DNA of 64,000 nt from positions 42,436 to 106,435 of the forward strand of contig JAFSGW010000099.1 of NCBI GenBank assembly GCA_017440585.1, in the 5' to 3' direction. This DNA is from Clostridia bacterium (GTDB lineage Bacteria; Bacillota; Clostridia; UMGS1883). Positions 36,986-46,099 of the stretch are shown in pieces (positions within the stretch are counted from its first letter, which is position 1; every line of letters begins with the position of its first letter). Under the pieces are notes generated by a model, which worked only from the letters and a program-made list of their open reading frames with translations, made no database searches and was not told the DNA's origin. The translations under genes and the position numbers were made by a program.

Positions 36986-38194
36986 GTGGCAGAAAGACGC
37001 GAAGCGACGGTTACACAGATTAACAATTACATAAAAGCTATTATTGAGCGGACCGAGGTTCTGCAGAATGTGTGGATAAAAGGCGAAATAAGTAACCTTA
37101 AGTACCATTCCTCGGGGCACGTGTACCTTACCTTAAAGGACGAAGGGGGAGCACTCCGTGCCGTTATGTTCAAGGGAGCCGTTATGAAGCTACCCTTTAA
37201 AATGGAAAACGGCATGAAGGTTTCAGCCAACGGCAGGATAGGCGTTTTTGAACGTGACGGAGCATATCAGCTCTATATTGAAACAATGGAACAGGAAGGT
37301 CAGGGCGACCTTTTCAAAAAGCTTGAGGAATTAAGAAAGAAGCTTTCCCTTGAAGGCTTATTTGACGAAAGGCACAAAAAGCCCATACCCCGATACCCCC
37401 AAAAGGTGGGCGTTGTAACAAGCCCCACCGGTGCTGCTGTGAGAGATATTCTTAACATTTTAAAAAGGCGTTACCCCTTATGCGAGGTTTACCTTTATCC
37501 TGCATTGGTGCAGGGTGTGAATGCGGCGGAAAGCATTGCAAGGGGTATAGAGTTTTTTAACCGTGAAAACATGGTTGACGTTATCATTGCAGGCCGTGGC
37601 GGCGGTAGCATTGAGGACTTGTGGGCATTTAACGAGGAGGTTACCGTGAGGGCAATTTTTGCATCCGGAATTCCCGTTATAAGTGCCGTAGGTCACGAAA
37701 CAGACTTTACCCTCTCCGATGCGGTGGCAGACTTACGTGCACCGACTCCCTCTGCGGCGGCAGAAATTGCCGTGCCTGATAGCGAAGAGCTTACACTGGC
37801 TCTTGACAAATACCGTGTAAGGCTCAAAACACTTCTACTGAAGAAGGCAGAGGAAAGCGAAACAAAGCTGAGGCTCATTTCAGAAAGAGCAAGCCGTGAA
37901 AGCTTTTTGAGGCGAATAGAAAACCTTATGGTTACAACTGACCGTACCTTTGATTTGCTCCTTAAAAGCTTTGAAGGCAAGGTTGAAAGAAAAACAGCAC
38001 TTTTGTCGCAAAGTGCGGCAAAGCTTGATGCTTTAAGCCCTCTTAAGGTTTTTGACCGTGGCTACAGCGTGGCTTATCATAAAGATAAGGTTTTAAAAAG
38101 TGTGAAGGAAATTGAAAACAACGATACAATCCATCTTGTGCTTAAGGACGGCAGGGTTGAAGCACAGGTAGGTAGAATTGAGGAAGCATTATGA
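36986..38194 (+). CDS. xseA: Exodeoxyribonuclease VII large subunit
   Basis: GEISN, SGHVY, RGGGSIEDLWAFN, SAVGHETD, APTPSAAAE; GTG start after GAGGTG. Confidence 0.95.
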   Translation: MAERREATVTQINNYIKAIIERTEVLQNVWIKGEISNLKYHSSGHVYLTLKDEGGALRAVMFKGAVMKLPFKMENGMKVSANGRIGVFERDGAYQLYIETMEQEGQGDLFKKLEELRKKLSLEGLFDERHKKPIPRYPQKVGVVTSPTGAAVRDILNILKRRYPLCEVYLYPALVQGVNAAESIARGIEFFNRENMVDVIIAGRGGGSIEDLWAFNEEVTVRAIFASGIPVISAVGHETDFTLSDAVADLRAPTPSAAAEIAVPDSEELTLALDKYRVRLKTLLLKKAEESETKLRLISERASRESFLRRIENLMVTTDRTFDLLLKSFEGKVERKTALLSQSAAKLDALSPLKVFDRGYSVAYHKDKVLKSVKEIENNDTIHLVLKDGRVEAQVGRIEEAL

Positions 38195-38391
38195 CATTTG
38201 AAGAAGCTTTAAAGGAACTTGAAGAAACTGTTAAAAAGCTGGAATCGGGGGAAACAACCCTTGACGAAGCTATGACCCTTTTTGAAAAGGGCGTTGCCCT
38301 TACAAAAAACTGCAGGAAAATGCTTGACGAGGCTCAGCTTCGGGTAAAAAAGGTTACCGAAGACGGGCAGGAGGATTTTCCCGTAGAATAA
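38191..38391 (+). CDS. xseB: Exodeoxyribonuclease VII small subunit
   Basis: FEEALKELE..LESG..LDE..FEKG. Confidence 0.95.
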   Translation: MTFEEALKELEETVKKLESGETTLDEAMTLFEKGVALTKNCRKMLDEAQLRVKKVTEDGQEDFPVE

Positions 38392-38411
38392 GTTTTAAAG
38401 GAAGATTACAA

Positions 38412-39278
38412 ATGGATTTTAACGGAAAGCTTAATTTTTACACAGAGAAAATAAACGAGGCATTAAAAAAGGCAACGGAGGATTTTCCCCGTGGAAACAT
38501 TGTTTCCGAGGCAATGGCATACTCCCTTCTTGCAGGGGGAAAGAGAATACGCCCCGTTATAGCCCTTGCTGTTGCAGAGAGCTTAGGCGGCGATATGGAT
38601 ATAGCTCTTGCCTTTGGCTGTGCCCTTGAAATGATACATACCTATTCATTGATACATGACGATTTGCCCTGCATGGATAACGACACCATGCGTCGTGGTA
38701 TGCCCACCTGCCACGTAAAGTACGGCGAGGCGTATGCCCTTTTAGCAGGTGACGGGCTTCTTACCTATGCATTTTCCTATATAACAGACAAGGTTAGTGA
38801 TAAAGAAAAGGCGTTTGATTTTATTAAGTACCTTTCCCATATGGCAGGCATTGAGGGCATGGTAGGCGGTCAGACAGACGATATTAAGGCTGAAAGCGAG
38901 AGTGCCGATATTGAAACACTCCGCTTTATCCATGCACGTAAAACAGGTGCACTTATAAATGCTGCAGGTGCCGCAGGTGCAATTGCGGCAGGGCTCCCCG
39001 CTTCCTATGCGGAGGACTATACAAAGAGCCTTGGCCTTGCCTTCCAGATAAAGGATGATATCCTTGACGTGGAGGGTGACGAGGCAAAAATGGGAAAAAC
39101 ACTTATGAAGGATATAAACTCCGAAAAGTCCACCTTTGTTACCCTTATGGGGCTTGAGGAAGCCAAGGGTGAATTAAGGAAGGAAACAGACAAGGCAATT
39201 GATGCCTGCCGTCTTTTCGGGGAAAAGGGCGGATTTTTAAAAGAACTGGCAGAGGTAATGCTAAAGAGAGAAAATTAA
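38412..39278 (+). CDS. ispA: Farnesyl/geranyl diphosphate synthase
   Basis: GGKRIRP, SLIHDDLPCMD, RRG, FQIKDDILD. Confidence 0.93.
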   Translation: MDFNGKLNFYTEKINEALKKATEDFPRGNIVSEAMAYSLLAGGKRIRPVIALAVAESLGGDMDIALAFGCALEMIHTYSLIHDDLPCMDNDTMRRGMPTCHVKYGEAYALLAGDGLLTYAFSYITDKVSDKEKAFDFIKYLSHMAGIEGMVGGQTDDIKAESESADIETLRFIHARKTGALINAAGAAGAIAAGLPASYAEDYTKSLGLAFQIKDDILDVEGDEAKMGKTLMKDINSEKSTFVTLMGLEEAKGELRKETDKAIDACRLFGEKGGFLKELAEVMLKREN

Positions 39279-39296
39279 TATCCGGGGGGAATACAA

Positions 39297-39752
39297 ATGA
39301 AAGCTTTAATTGATTTTGCAACAAACATGCCCTTGGTTGCAGCCATTACAGGCTGGGCAACGGCACAGGTTTTAAAGGTTGTTATTGAATCGGTAATAGC
39401 GAAAAAGTTTACATGGGAAAGCATTTTTGCATCGGGAGGCATGCCCTCTTCTCACAGTGCTTTTGTTACTGCACTTACAACAGTTATAGGCTTTGAGTAC
39501 GGGCTTGGCAGTGTGTACTTTGCTTTTGCGGCATCCTTTGCACTTGTTGTTATGTACGATGCCTGCGGTGTAAGGCGTGCGGTAGGTGAGCAGGCAAAGG
39601 CTCTTAACCGCATTATAGGTGCTCTCCGCGAAAACAGCACCATAGGGCAGGAAAAGGCCCTTAAGGAAATATTGGGCCATAGTCCTTTTCAGGTTGCAAT
39701 GGGCTTCTTATTGGGACTTATAATAGGCACAGCTATTGCAATTTTATTCTGA
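39297..39752 (+). CDS. Divergent PAP2 (DUF212) protein
   Basis: SGGMPSSHS, VMYDACGVRR, LGHSPFQV. Confidence 0.9.
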   Translation: MKALIDFATNMPLVAAITGWATAQVLKVVIESVIAKKFTWESIFASGGMPSSHSAFVTALTTVIGFEYGLGSVYFAFAASFALVVMYDACGVRRAVGEQAKALNRIIGALRENSTIGQEKALKEILGHSPFQVAMGFLLGLIIGTAIAILF

Positions 39753-39763
39753 GGTGACAGACA

Positions 39764-40831
39764 ATGTTTAACAAACTGGCGTTTATAGAAGAAAAATACG
39801 AGCTCCTTTCCTCTAAAATAAGTGACCCTGATATCATTGCTGATATCGACTCCTGGCGTAAGCTCATGAAGGAGCACAGTGACCTTACCCCCATTGTGGA
39901 AAAGTACAGAGAGTATAAGGGTATTATGAAAACAATTTCCGAGGCTGAAGAAATGCTCCGGGATAAGCCCGATGCAGACTTTGAGGAGATGCTTCGTGAG
40001 GAAATAGCCGAAGCGAAGGATAAAATACCTTCTATTGAGGAGGAATTGAAAATTCTTCTCATACCCAAGGACCCCAACGATGACAAGAGCGTTATTGTGG
40101 AAATCCGTGGCGGTACAGGTGGCGAGGAAGCGGCACTTTTTGCCGCAGCACTTTTCCGCATGTACTCCATGTATGCCGAAAAAAAGCGCTGGAAGATAGA
40201 AATAATGAACTCCAATGCAACCGAATTAGGTGGCTATAAGGAAATTTCCTTCTCCGTTGACGGGCAGGGTGCATACAGCCGTTTCAAGTACGAGAGCGGT
40301 GTGCACCGTGTACAGAGAGTGCCCGAAACAGAATCACAGGGCAGGATACAGACCTCTGCCGCATCTGTGGCAGTGCTGCCTGAGGTTGAAGAGGTTGAAC
40401 TGGAAATTAACCAGAACGATTTAAAAATTGACGTGTTCCGTGCAGGTGGCCCCGGTGGTCAGTGCGTTAACACAACTGACTCTGCCGTGAGAATTACTCA
40501 CTTGCCCACAGGGCTGGTGGTGTCCTGTCAGGACGAAAAGAGCCAGCACAAAAACAAGGATAAGGCACTTAAGGTTTTAAGAAGCCGTCTTTACGAGCAT
40601 ATGGAGGCTGAACGGAACGCCTCTATTGCCGCAGAAAGAAAGAGCCAGGTTGGCTCAGGCGACAGAAGCGAAAGAATAAGAACCTATAACTTCCCTCAGG
40701 GAAGAGTTACCGACCACCGAATTAACCTTACACTTTATAAGATTGACTCAATCATGAACGGTGAAATAGACGAATTGGTTGATGCACTTGCAACCTACTA
40801 CCAGAGCGAAAAGCTGAAGGCAGAAAATTAA
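39764..40831 (+). CDS. prfA: Peptide chain release factor 1
   Basis: [10 protein letters not shown] (PxT motif), [12 protein letters not shown]. Confidence 0.97.
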   Translation: MFNKLAFIEEKYELLSSKISDPDIIADIDSWRKLMKEHSDLTPIVEKYREYKGIMKTISEAEEMLRDKPDADFEEMLREEIAEAKDKIPSIEEELKILLIPKDPNDDKSVIVEIRGGTGGEEAALFAAALFRMYSMYAEKKRWKIEIMNSNATELGGYKEISFSVDGQGAYSRFKYESGVHRVQRVPETESQGRIQTSAASVAVLPEVEEVELEINQNDLKIDVFRAGGPGGQCVNTTDSAVRITHLPTGLVVSCQDEKSQHKNKDKALKVLRSRLYEHMEAERNASIAAERKSQVGSGDRSERIRTYNFPQGRVTDHRINLTLYKIDSIMNGEIDELVDALATYYQSEKLKAEN

Positions 40832-40844
40832 AAGGAGAAAGCAT

Positions 40845-41804
40845 ATGATGAATTCCAACAGAAAAGAAAAGGTTTTACTTGAAAGAGTTATATCGGAATT
40901 TAACCTTGAGGTTGTGTACGCCCCCGAAAACATGGGCGAGGTATGGATTGACTGTGCCGATGTGCACCGTCCCGGCATTCAGTTTGCCGCTGATTATTAC
41001 GACTATTTTGACAAGGACAGAATTCAGGTTTTAGGTAAGGCGGAAATGTTCTATCTTATGGAAAAAACCTCCGAGGAAAAGGTTCAGATACTTAAAAAAA
41101 TGTGCGGTCTGCACATTCCTGCAATTATCGTAACCCGTAAGGCAGAAATCCCCCCTGAGCTTATGGAGGCTGTAAAGGAATGCAAAACACCTCTTCTTCG
41201 TACAGAGGAGAGCACATCTCAGTTTATAGCATCATATATATCAAATATGAACGTTATCCTTGCACCCTTTATCACACGTCACGGTGTTTTGATGGAGGTT
41301 TACGGTGAAGGCGTGCTTATTTTAGGCGAATCAGGCGTTGGTAAAAGCGAAACTGCTGTTGAGCTCGTAAAGCGAGGCCACCGTCTTGTGGCAGACGATG
41401 CTGTTGAAATAAGAAAGGTTTCCTCAAAAACCCTTGTTGCATCCTCTCCGGAAATTATCCGTCACTTTATTGAAATACGCGGCATAGGTATAATTGACGT
41501 TAAGAAAATCTTCGGTATGGGTGCTGTTAAGGACATGGAAAACGTTAACCTTGTTGTTAACCTTGAACTGTGGCAGCAGGGGAAAAACTACGAGCGACTT
41601 GGTATAGACAAAAACTATACAAACATTTTAGGCATTGACATCCCTTCTGTTACAATCCCCGTACGTCCCGGTAGAAACCTGGCAATTATTATCGAAATTG
41701 CCGCAATGAACTACCGTCAGCAGCAGATGGGTTATAATGCAGCAGAAGAGCTTAACGAAAGAATTGCAAAGCAGATAAACATGGACGCGAAGGGAATAAT
41801 TTAA
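40845..41804 (+). CDS. hprK: HPr kinase/phosphorylase
   Basis: GESGVGKSE, GHRLVADD, EIRGIGII, PVRPGRN. Confidence 0.97.
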   Translation: MMNSNRKEKVLLERVISEFNLEVVYAPENMGEVWIDCADVHRPGIQFAADYYDYFDKDRIQVLGKAEMFYLMEKTSEEKVQILKKMCGLHIPAIIVTRKAEIPPELMEAVKECKTPLLRTEESTSQFIASYISNMNVILAPFITRHGVLMEVYGEGVLILGESGVGKSETAVELVKRGHRLVADDAVEIRKVSSKTLVASSPEIIRHFIEIRGIGIIDVKKIFGMGAVKDMENVNLVVNLELWQQGKNYERLGIDKNYTNILGIDIPSVTIPVRPGRNLAIIIEIAAMNYRQQQMGYNAAEELNERIAKQINMDAKGII

Positions 41805-41806
41805 GA

Positions 41807-42520
41807 ATGATTAAAATTACTGTTGATACACATACACATACAAGCGTTTCCGCTCATGCCTTTTCCACCTTGGAGGAAAACCTTGCCGCAGCGGCAAAAA
41901 AAGGCCTTGAGGGCATTGCCATGACAAACCACGGTCCCGATTTAGGTGACGGTGCGGTGTGGTTTCACTTTAAGTCGGCAAGGCATTTGCCCAGATGGGT
42001 GAACGGAGTAAGGCTTTTGCCCGGTGCAGAGGTTGACATTATGGACAAAAAGGGCAGGCTTGATATTGAGGATAAATATTTAAAGGATCTGGAGCTTGTT
42101 ATTGCATCCTTCCACACACCCTGCTTTCCTGAAAACAGCCCCATTGAGGACGTAACAGAGGCGTGGCTTAATGTGATGGACAACGAGCACGTGGATGTGC
42201 TTGGGCACATGGGCGACGGAAGATATATGTGCGATTACGAGGCTGTTGTAAAAAAAGCAAAGGAAACGGGCAAGATAATAGAAATAAATAATCACTCCTT
42301 CCGTGTGAGGGCAGGAAGCGACGTAAACTGCAGACAAATTGCCCTTTTGTGCAAGAAGTATTCGGTGCCCGTTGTGCTTTCAACGGATGCCCACTTCTCT
42401 CTGGAGGTTGGTGAGGTGCCCAACAGCATCCGTCTTATGGAGGAAATTGACTTCCCTGAGGAATTGATACTTAATACCTCACTTAAGAAGCTTTGTGATT
42501 ATTTAAAAGTTGAAATATAA
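41807..42520 (+). CDS. PHP-domain phosphatase (YcdX-like)
   Basis: DTHTHT..HAFST, TNHGP, EINN, STDAH. Confidence 0.9.
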   Translation: MIKITVDTHTHTSVSAHAFSTLEENLAAAAKKGLEGIAMTNHGPDLGDGAVWFHFKSARHLPRWVNGVRLLPGAEVDIMDKKGRLDIEDKYLKDLELVIASFHTPCFPENSPIEDVTEAWLNVMDNEHVDVLGHMGDGRYMCDYEAVVKKAKETGKIIEINNHSFRVRAGSDVNCRQIALLCKKYSVPVVLSTDAHFSLEVGEVPNSIRLMEEIDFPEELILNTSLKKLCDYLKVEI

Positions 42521-42531
42521 GGAAGATTGTT

Positions 42532-43440
42532 GTGAAAAATATCGGTATAGACGTTGGCGGAACATTTATAAAGGCGGCAGTTGTGGAAAGAGGGGGCAAA
42601 ATTGTGCTTTCCTCCAAAACGCCCACCCCTAAAAACGGTGAGGCAATCCCCGAAAAAACTGTGGAAATAATAGAGGAGCTTCTGGAAAAAACAAGCCTTG
42701 GCACTAATGACATTGAAAGCATAGGCATAGGTGTGCCCGGTGTGTGCGACTCAAAAAAGGGCATTATTGTAAATTGCCCCAACATTGAAAACTGTAAGGA
42801 AATTGCCATTTGTGAATACCTTGAAAAAAAGTTCGGCATTAAAACCTACCTTGATAACGATGCAAACTGTGCCGCATTGGGTGAGTACCTTGTGAGCGAT
42901 GAAAAGTGCGACAGCTTTGTTTTTGTAACCTTGGGCACAGGCGTTGGCGGCGGCATTATAATTAACGGGAAAATCCTTCGTGGCATTAACTCTGCCGCAG
43001 GTGAGGTAGGCCACATTGTTTTAAAAAAGGATGGGGAAAAATGCAACTGCGGAAGACGTGGCTGCTGGGAAAGGTATGCATCTGTTACGGCACTTGTACG
43101 TCAGGGAAAACGTGCCGGCATGACGGGCAACGTTTCGGGCAGAAGCATTTTTGCTGACCTTGCCCGTGGCTCTGTAAAAGCCCGTGAGGTAATAGACGGC
43201 TGGCTTTCCTATGTGGCAGAGGGCATATGTGACCTTGTGAACATTTTCCAGCCTGATGAAATCGTTATAGGTGGCGGTATAAGCCGTGAGGGTGACATTA
43301 TCCTTAACCCCATAAAGAAATTTACCGAGGCACACTCCATAACCGACAACCGTTACGGGAAAAACACCCGTATTAAAATATCAAGGCTTTTTAACGATGC
43401 AGGTGTTGTGGGTGCAAGCTTCCTTTATACGCAAAATTGA
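42532..43440 (+). CDS. ROK family sugar kinase (glucokinase-like)
   Basis: GIDVGGT, NDANCAALGE, LGTGVGGG, GEVGH, CNCGRRGCWE. Confidence 0.92.
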   Translation: MKNIGIDVGGTFIKAAVVERGGKIVLSSKTPTPKNGEAIPEKTVEIIEELLEKTSLGTNDIESIGIGVPGVCDSKKGIIVNCPNIENCKEIAICEYLEKKFGIKTYLDNDANCAALGEYLVSDEKCDSFVFVTLGTGVGGGIIINGKILRGINSAAGEVGHIVLKKDGEKCNCGRRGCWERYASVTALVRQGKRAGMTGNVSGRSIFADLARGSVKAREVIDGWLSYVAEGICDLVNIFQPDEIVIGGGISREGDIILNPIKKFTEAHSITDNRYGKNTRIKISRLFNDAGVVGASFLYTQN

Positions 43441-44336
43441 ATTTGGCGGTGAATTTATTGTATAACTTTGAAAACTGCGATGTGCGTTTTAACGTACCTT
43501 TAAAAGAATATACTACCTTTAAAACAGGTGGCAATGCGAAGGTTTTTATTGAACCCAAAACCCCCGTTGCGGTGGCACAGGTTCTCAGAAAGCTTACTGA
43601 GCGTGGCGAGAGGTACTTTGTTTTAGGTAACGGCAGTAACCTTCTTGTGGCAGACGAGGGCATTGACTGCCCCGTAATCCACATAGGCAAAAATTTAAGC
43701 GAAATAAAAGTTGAAGGCGAAAGGGTTATATGTCAGGCAGGTGCACTTTTATCAGGTGCTGCAAATGCGGCATACCGTGAAGAACTCACGGGTATGGAAT
43801 TTGCCCAGGGCATCCCCGGCAGCGTTGGTGGCGGTGTGTGCATGAATGCAGGTGCCTACGGCGGTGAACTGAAGGACATTATCGACTGGATTGATTACGC
43901 CTCCCCATCGGGTGAGTTTTACCGTATGGACTGCGACACTGCAGACCTTACTTATCGCCACAGCTTTTTCTCGGATAAGGAATATGTTGTGACGGCAGCG
44001 TGCTTTAAGCTGAATCGTGGCAATGGCGAGGAAATCCTTGCGAAAATGAAGGACCTTGCCGAACGAAGAAGGGATAAACAGCCCCTTAAATACCCTTCTG
44101 CAGGAAGCACCTTCAAAAGGCCATGCGGCTACTTTGCCGCAGCACTCATTGAAGAGGCAGGGCTTAAGGGTCTTTGTGTGGGCGATGCCTGCGTGAGCGA
44201 AAAGCATTCGGGCTTTATTATAAATAAAGGCAATGCAACAACTGAAGACATATTGTGCCTCATGGAAAAGGTTAAAAAAGCCGTTTATGAAAAATCCGGC
44301 GTTACATTGGAGGCAGAGGTTAAATTCTGGAAGTAA
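43437..44336 (+). CDS. murB: UDP-N-acetylenolpyruvoylglucosamine reductase
   Basis: GNGSNLL, GIPGSVGG..MNAGAYG, QPLKYPSAGSTFK, SEKHSGF. Confidence 0.95.
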   Translation: MNLAVNLLYNFENCDVRFNVPLKEYTTFKTGGNAKVFIEPKTPVAVAQVLRKLTERGERYFVLGNGSNLLVADEGIDCPVIHIGKNLSEIKVEGERVICQAGALLSGAANAAYREELTGMEFAQGIPGSVGGGVCMNAGAYGGELKDIIDWIDYASPSGEFYRMDCDTADLTYRHSFFSDKEYVVTAACFKLNRGNGEEILAKMKDLAERRRDKQPLKYPSAGSTFKRPCGYFAAALIEEAGLKGLCVGDACVSEKHSGFIINKGNATTEDILCLMEKVKKAVYEKSGVTLEAEVKFWK

Positions 44337-44348
44337 GGATGAAGGAAA

Positions 44349-45209
44349 ATGAAATTTTTGATTGTGACAGGTATATCCGGTGCAGGTAAAACCCAGGTAC
44401 TGCACTTTCTTGAGGACATGGGCTATTACTGCATAGACAACATGCCCGTGCTCTTTTTGTCGGCATTTGCTCAGGCGGTATCGGAGGGTAAGATAAAGGC
44501 AAAGAACGTTGCCGTTGTTACCGATATCCGCGGTGGCGAAATGTTTTCAAACATTGAAGAAGAGCTTTCAAAAATTTCCAAGGATACCTGCCCCTATGAA
44601 ATAGTGTTCTTAGAGGCAGACCATACCGCACTGGTAAGAAGGTATAAGGAAACAAGGCGTGCACATCCCCTTGCACCTCACGGTCCCGTGGAAAAGGGCA
44701 TTAATGCCGAGAAGGAAATAATGGCAAGCATCCGTAAAAGAGCAGATCACGTTATAAATACCTCAAACCTTTTAACCCGTGAGCTTCACGAAATTGTGCG
44801 TGAAAAGTTCGGTGACGGAGCTAAAAAGAAGGAGTTTTTCTCCGTTAACATTATGTCCTTCGGCTTTAAGTACGGTATTCCCATTGCAACGGATTTGGTG
44901 ATGGACGTAAGGTTTTTGCCTAACCCCTACTACGTTGAGGATATGCGCTACAGAACGGGCCTTGACGAGGATGTGTATAAATACGTAACAGATAATAAGC
45001 AGTGTGCAGACTTTGTGAGGATGTATTCGGAAATGATAATGTATCTTGTGCCTCACTACATAAAGGACGGCAGAAGACAGATAACAATTTCCATAGGCTG
45101 TACGGGCGGTAAGCACAGAAGTGTTGCCATAACGGAAGCCTTAAAGAAAATTTTTGAAGAAAATTCACTCCAGGCAAAGAGCTCACACCGTGATATTGAA
45201 AGGAAGTAA
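44349..45209 (+). CDS. rapZ: RNase adapter RapZ (YvcJ)
   Basis: TGISGAGKT, DIRGG, SFGFKYG, DVRFLPNPY, GCTGGKHRSV. Confidence 0.95.
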   Translation: MKFLIVTGISGAGKTQVLHFLEDMGYYCIDNMPVLFLSAFAQAVSEGKIKAKNVAVVTDIRGGEMFSNIEEELSKISKDTCPYEIVFLEADHTALVRRYKETRRAHPLAPHGPVEKGINAEKEIMASIRKRADHVINTSNLLTRELHEIVREKFGDGAKKKEFFSVNIMSFGFKYGIPIATDLVMDVRFLPNPYYVEDMRYRTGLDEDVYKYVTDNKQCADFVRMYSEMIMYLVPHYIKDGRRQITISIGCTGGKHRSVAITEALKKIFEENSLQAKSSHRDIERK

Positions 45210-45211
45210 GT

Positions 45212-46099
45212 ATGACCTTTCTTGGTGAAATAAAAACAGAGCTTTTAAGCCTGAAAATTAAAAAAATATGCTGTATGACAAGCGAAATAAGAGGCATTCT
45301 TGCCTTTGGCGGGGTAGCTTTCAACGAGGGTGTGTTTTTCGGCACAGACAGCTTTGAACTGGCAAAAAGATTGAGTATCTTTTTAAGGAAGGTTTTAAAT
45401 ATTGACTTTATGGAGAGGCTCGATGAAGAAGCGGGAAGCTACAAATTTTTCCTGCCTGAAAACGTGCTTTACGAGCTTGGGCTCGGCATAGAGGACGGGG
45501 TAATTACAGAGCTTAACAATAAAGAGGATGAAAGCTGTTGTATGCGTGCCTTTATAAGAGGGGCATTCCTTGCCTCGGGCAGTGCATCAAATCCTGAAAG
45601 GGCGTACCGTGTTGAAATCTTTACGGAAAACAAAGCCTTTTATGATAAAGCTTTTAACATTATTTCCTCTATGGGCATTGACTGCAAAAAGGCAAAGCGT
45701 AAAAACCTTTATGTTATTTACGGCAACAACAGCGAAAACGCCTCCGACATTTTAAAGGTTACCGAGGCATCGGGTGCCGTTTTTAAAATGCTGGATGCGA
45801 AAATTGAAAAGGAAAAACGTAATAAGGCAAACCGCCTTATGAATTTTGATATGGCAAATATTGACCGTATAAGCGAAAATTCGGAAAGGGAAGCAAGGGC
45901 AATAAGGCTTATTGAAGAGAAAATAGGGCTTGATAATTTAAAGCCAAACCTTCGCCTTGTGGCAAAGCTCAGGATGGAAAACGAGGGTGCATCTCTTCGT
46001 GAGCTTTGCGAAATGTGCGACCCACCCCTTGCAAAAAGCACCCTTAATAACCGACTTAACAAGCTTATACAAATAGCTAAAGAATTGAGTGATGACTGA
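45212..46099 (+). CDS. whiA: DNA-binding protein WhiA
   Basis: AFIRGAFLASGS..NP, NRLMNFDMAN, SLRELC..KSTLNNRL. Confidence 0.92.
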   Translation: MTFLGEIKTELLSLKIKKICCMTSEIRGILAFGGVAFNEGVFFGTDSFELAKRLSIFLRKVLNIDFMERLDEEAGSYKFFLPENVLYELGLGIEDGVITELNNKEDESCCMRAFIRGAFLASGSASNPERAYRVEIFTENKAFYDKAFNIISSMGIDCKKAKRKNLYVIYGNNSENASDILKVTEASGAVFKMLDAKIEKEKRNKANRLMNFDMANIDRISENSEREARAIRLIEEKIGLDNLKPNLRLVAKLRMENEGASLRELCEMCDPPLAKSTLNNRLNKLIQIAKELSDD

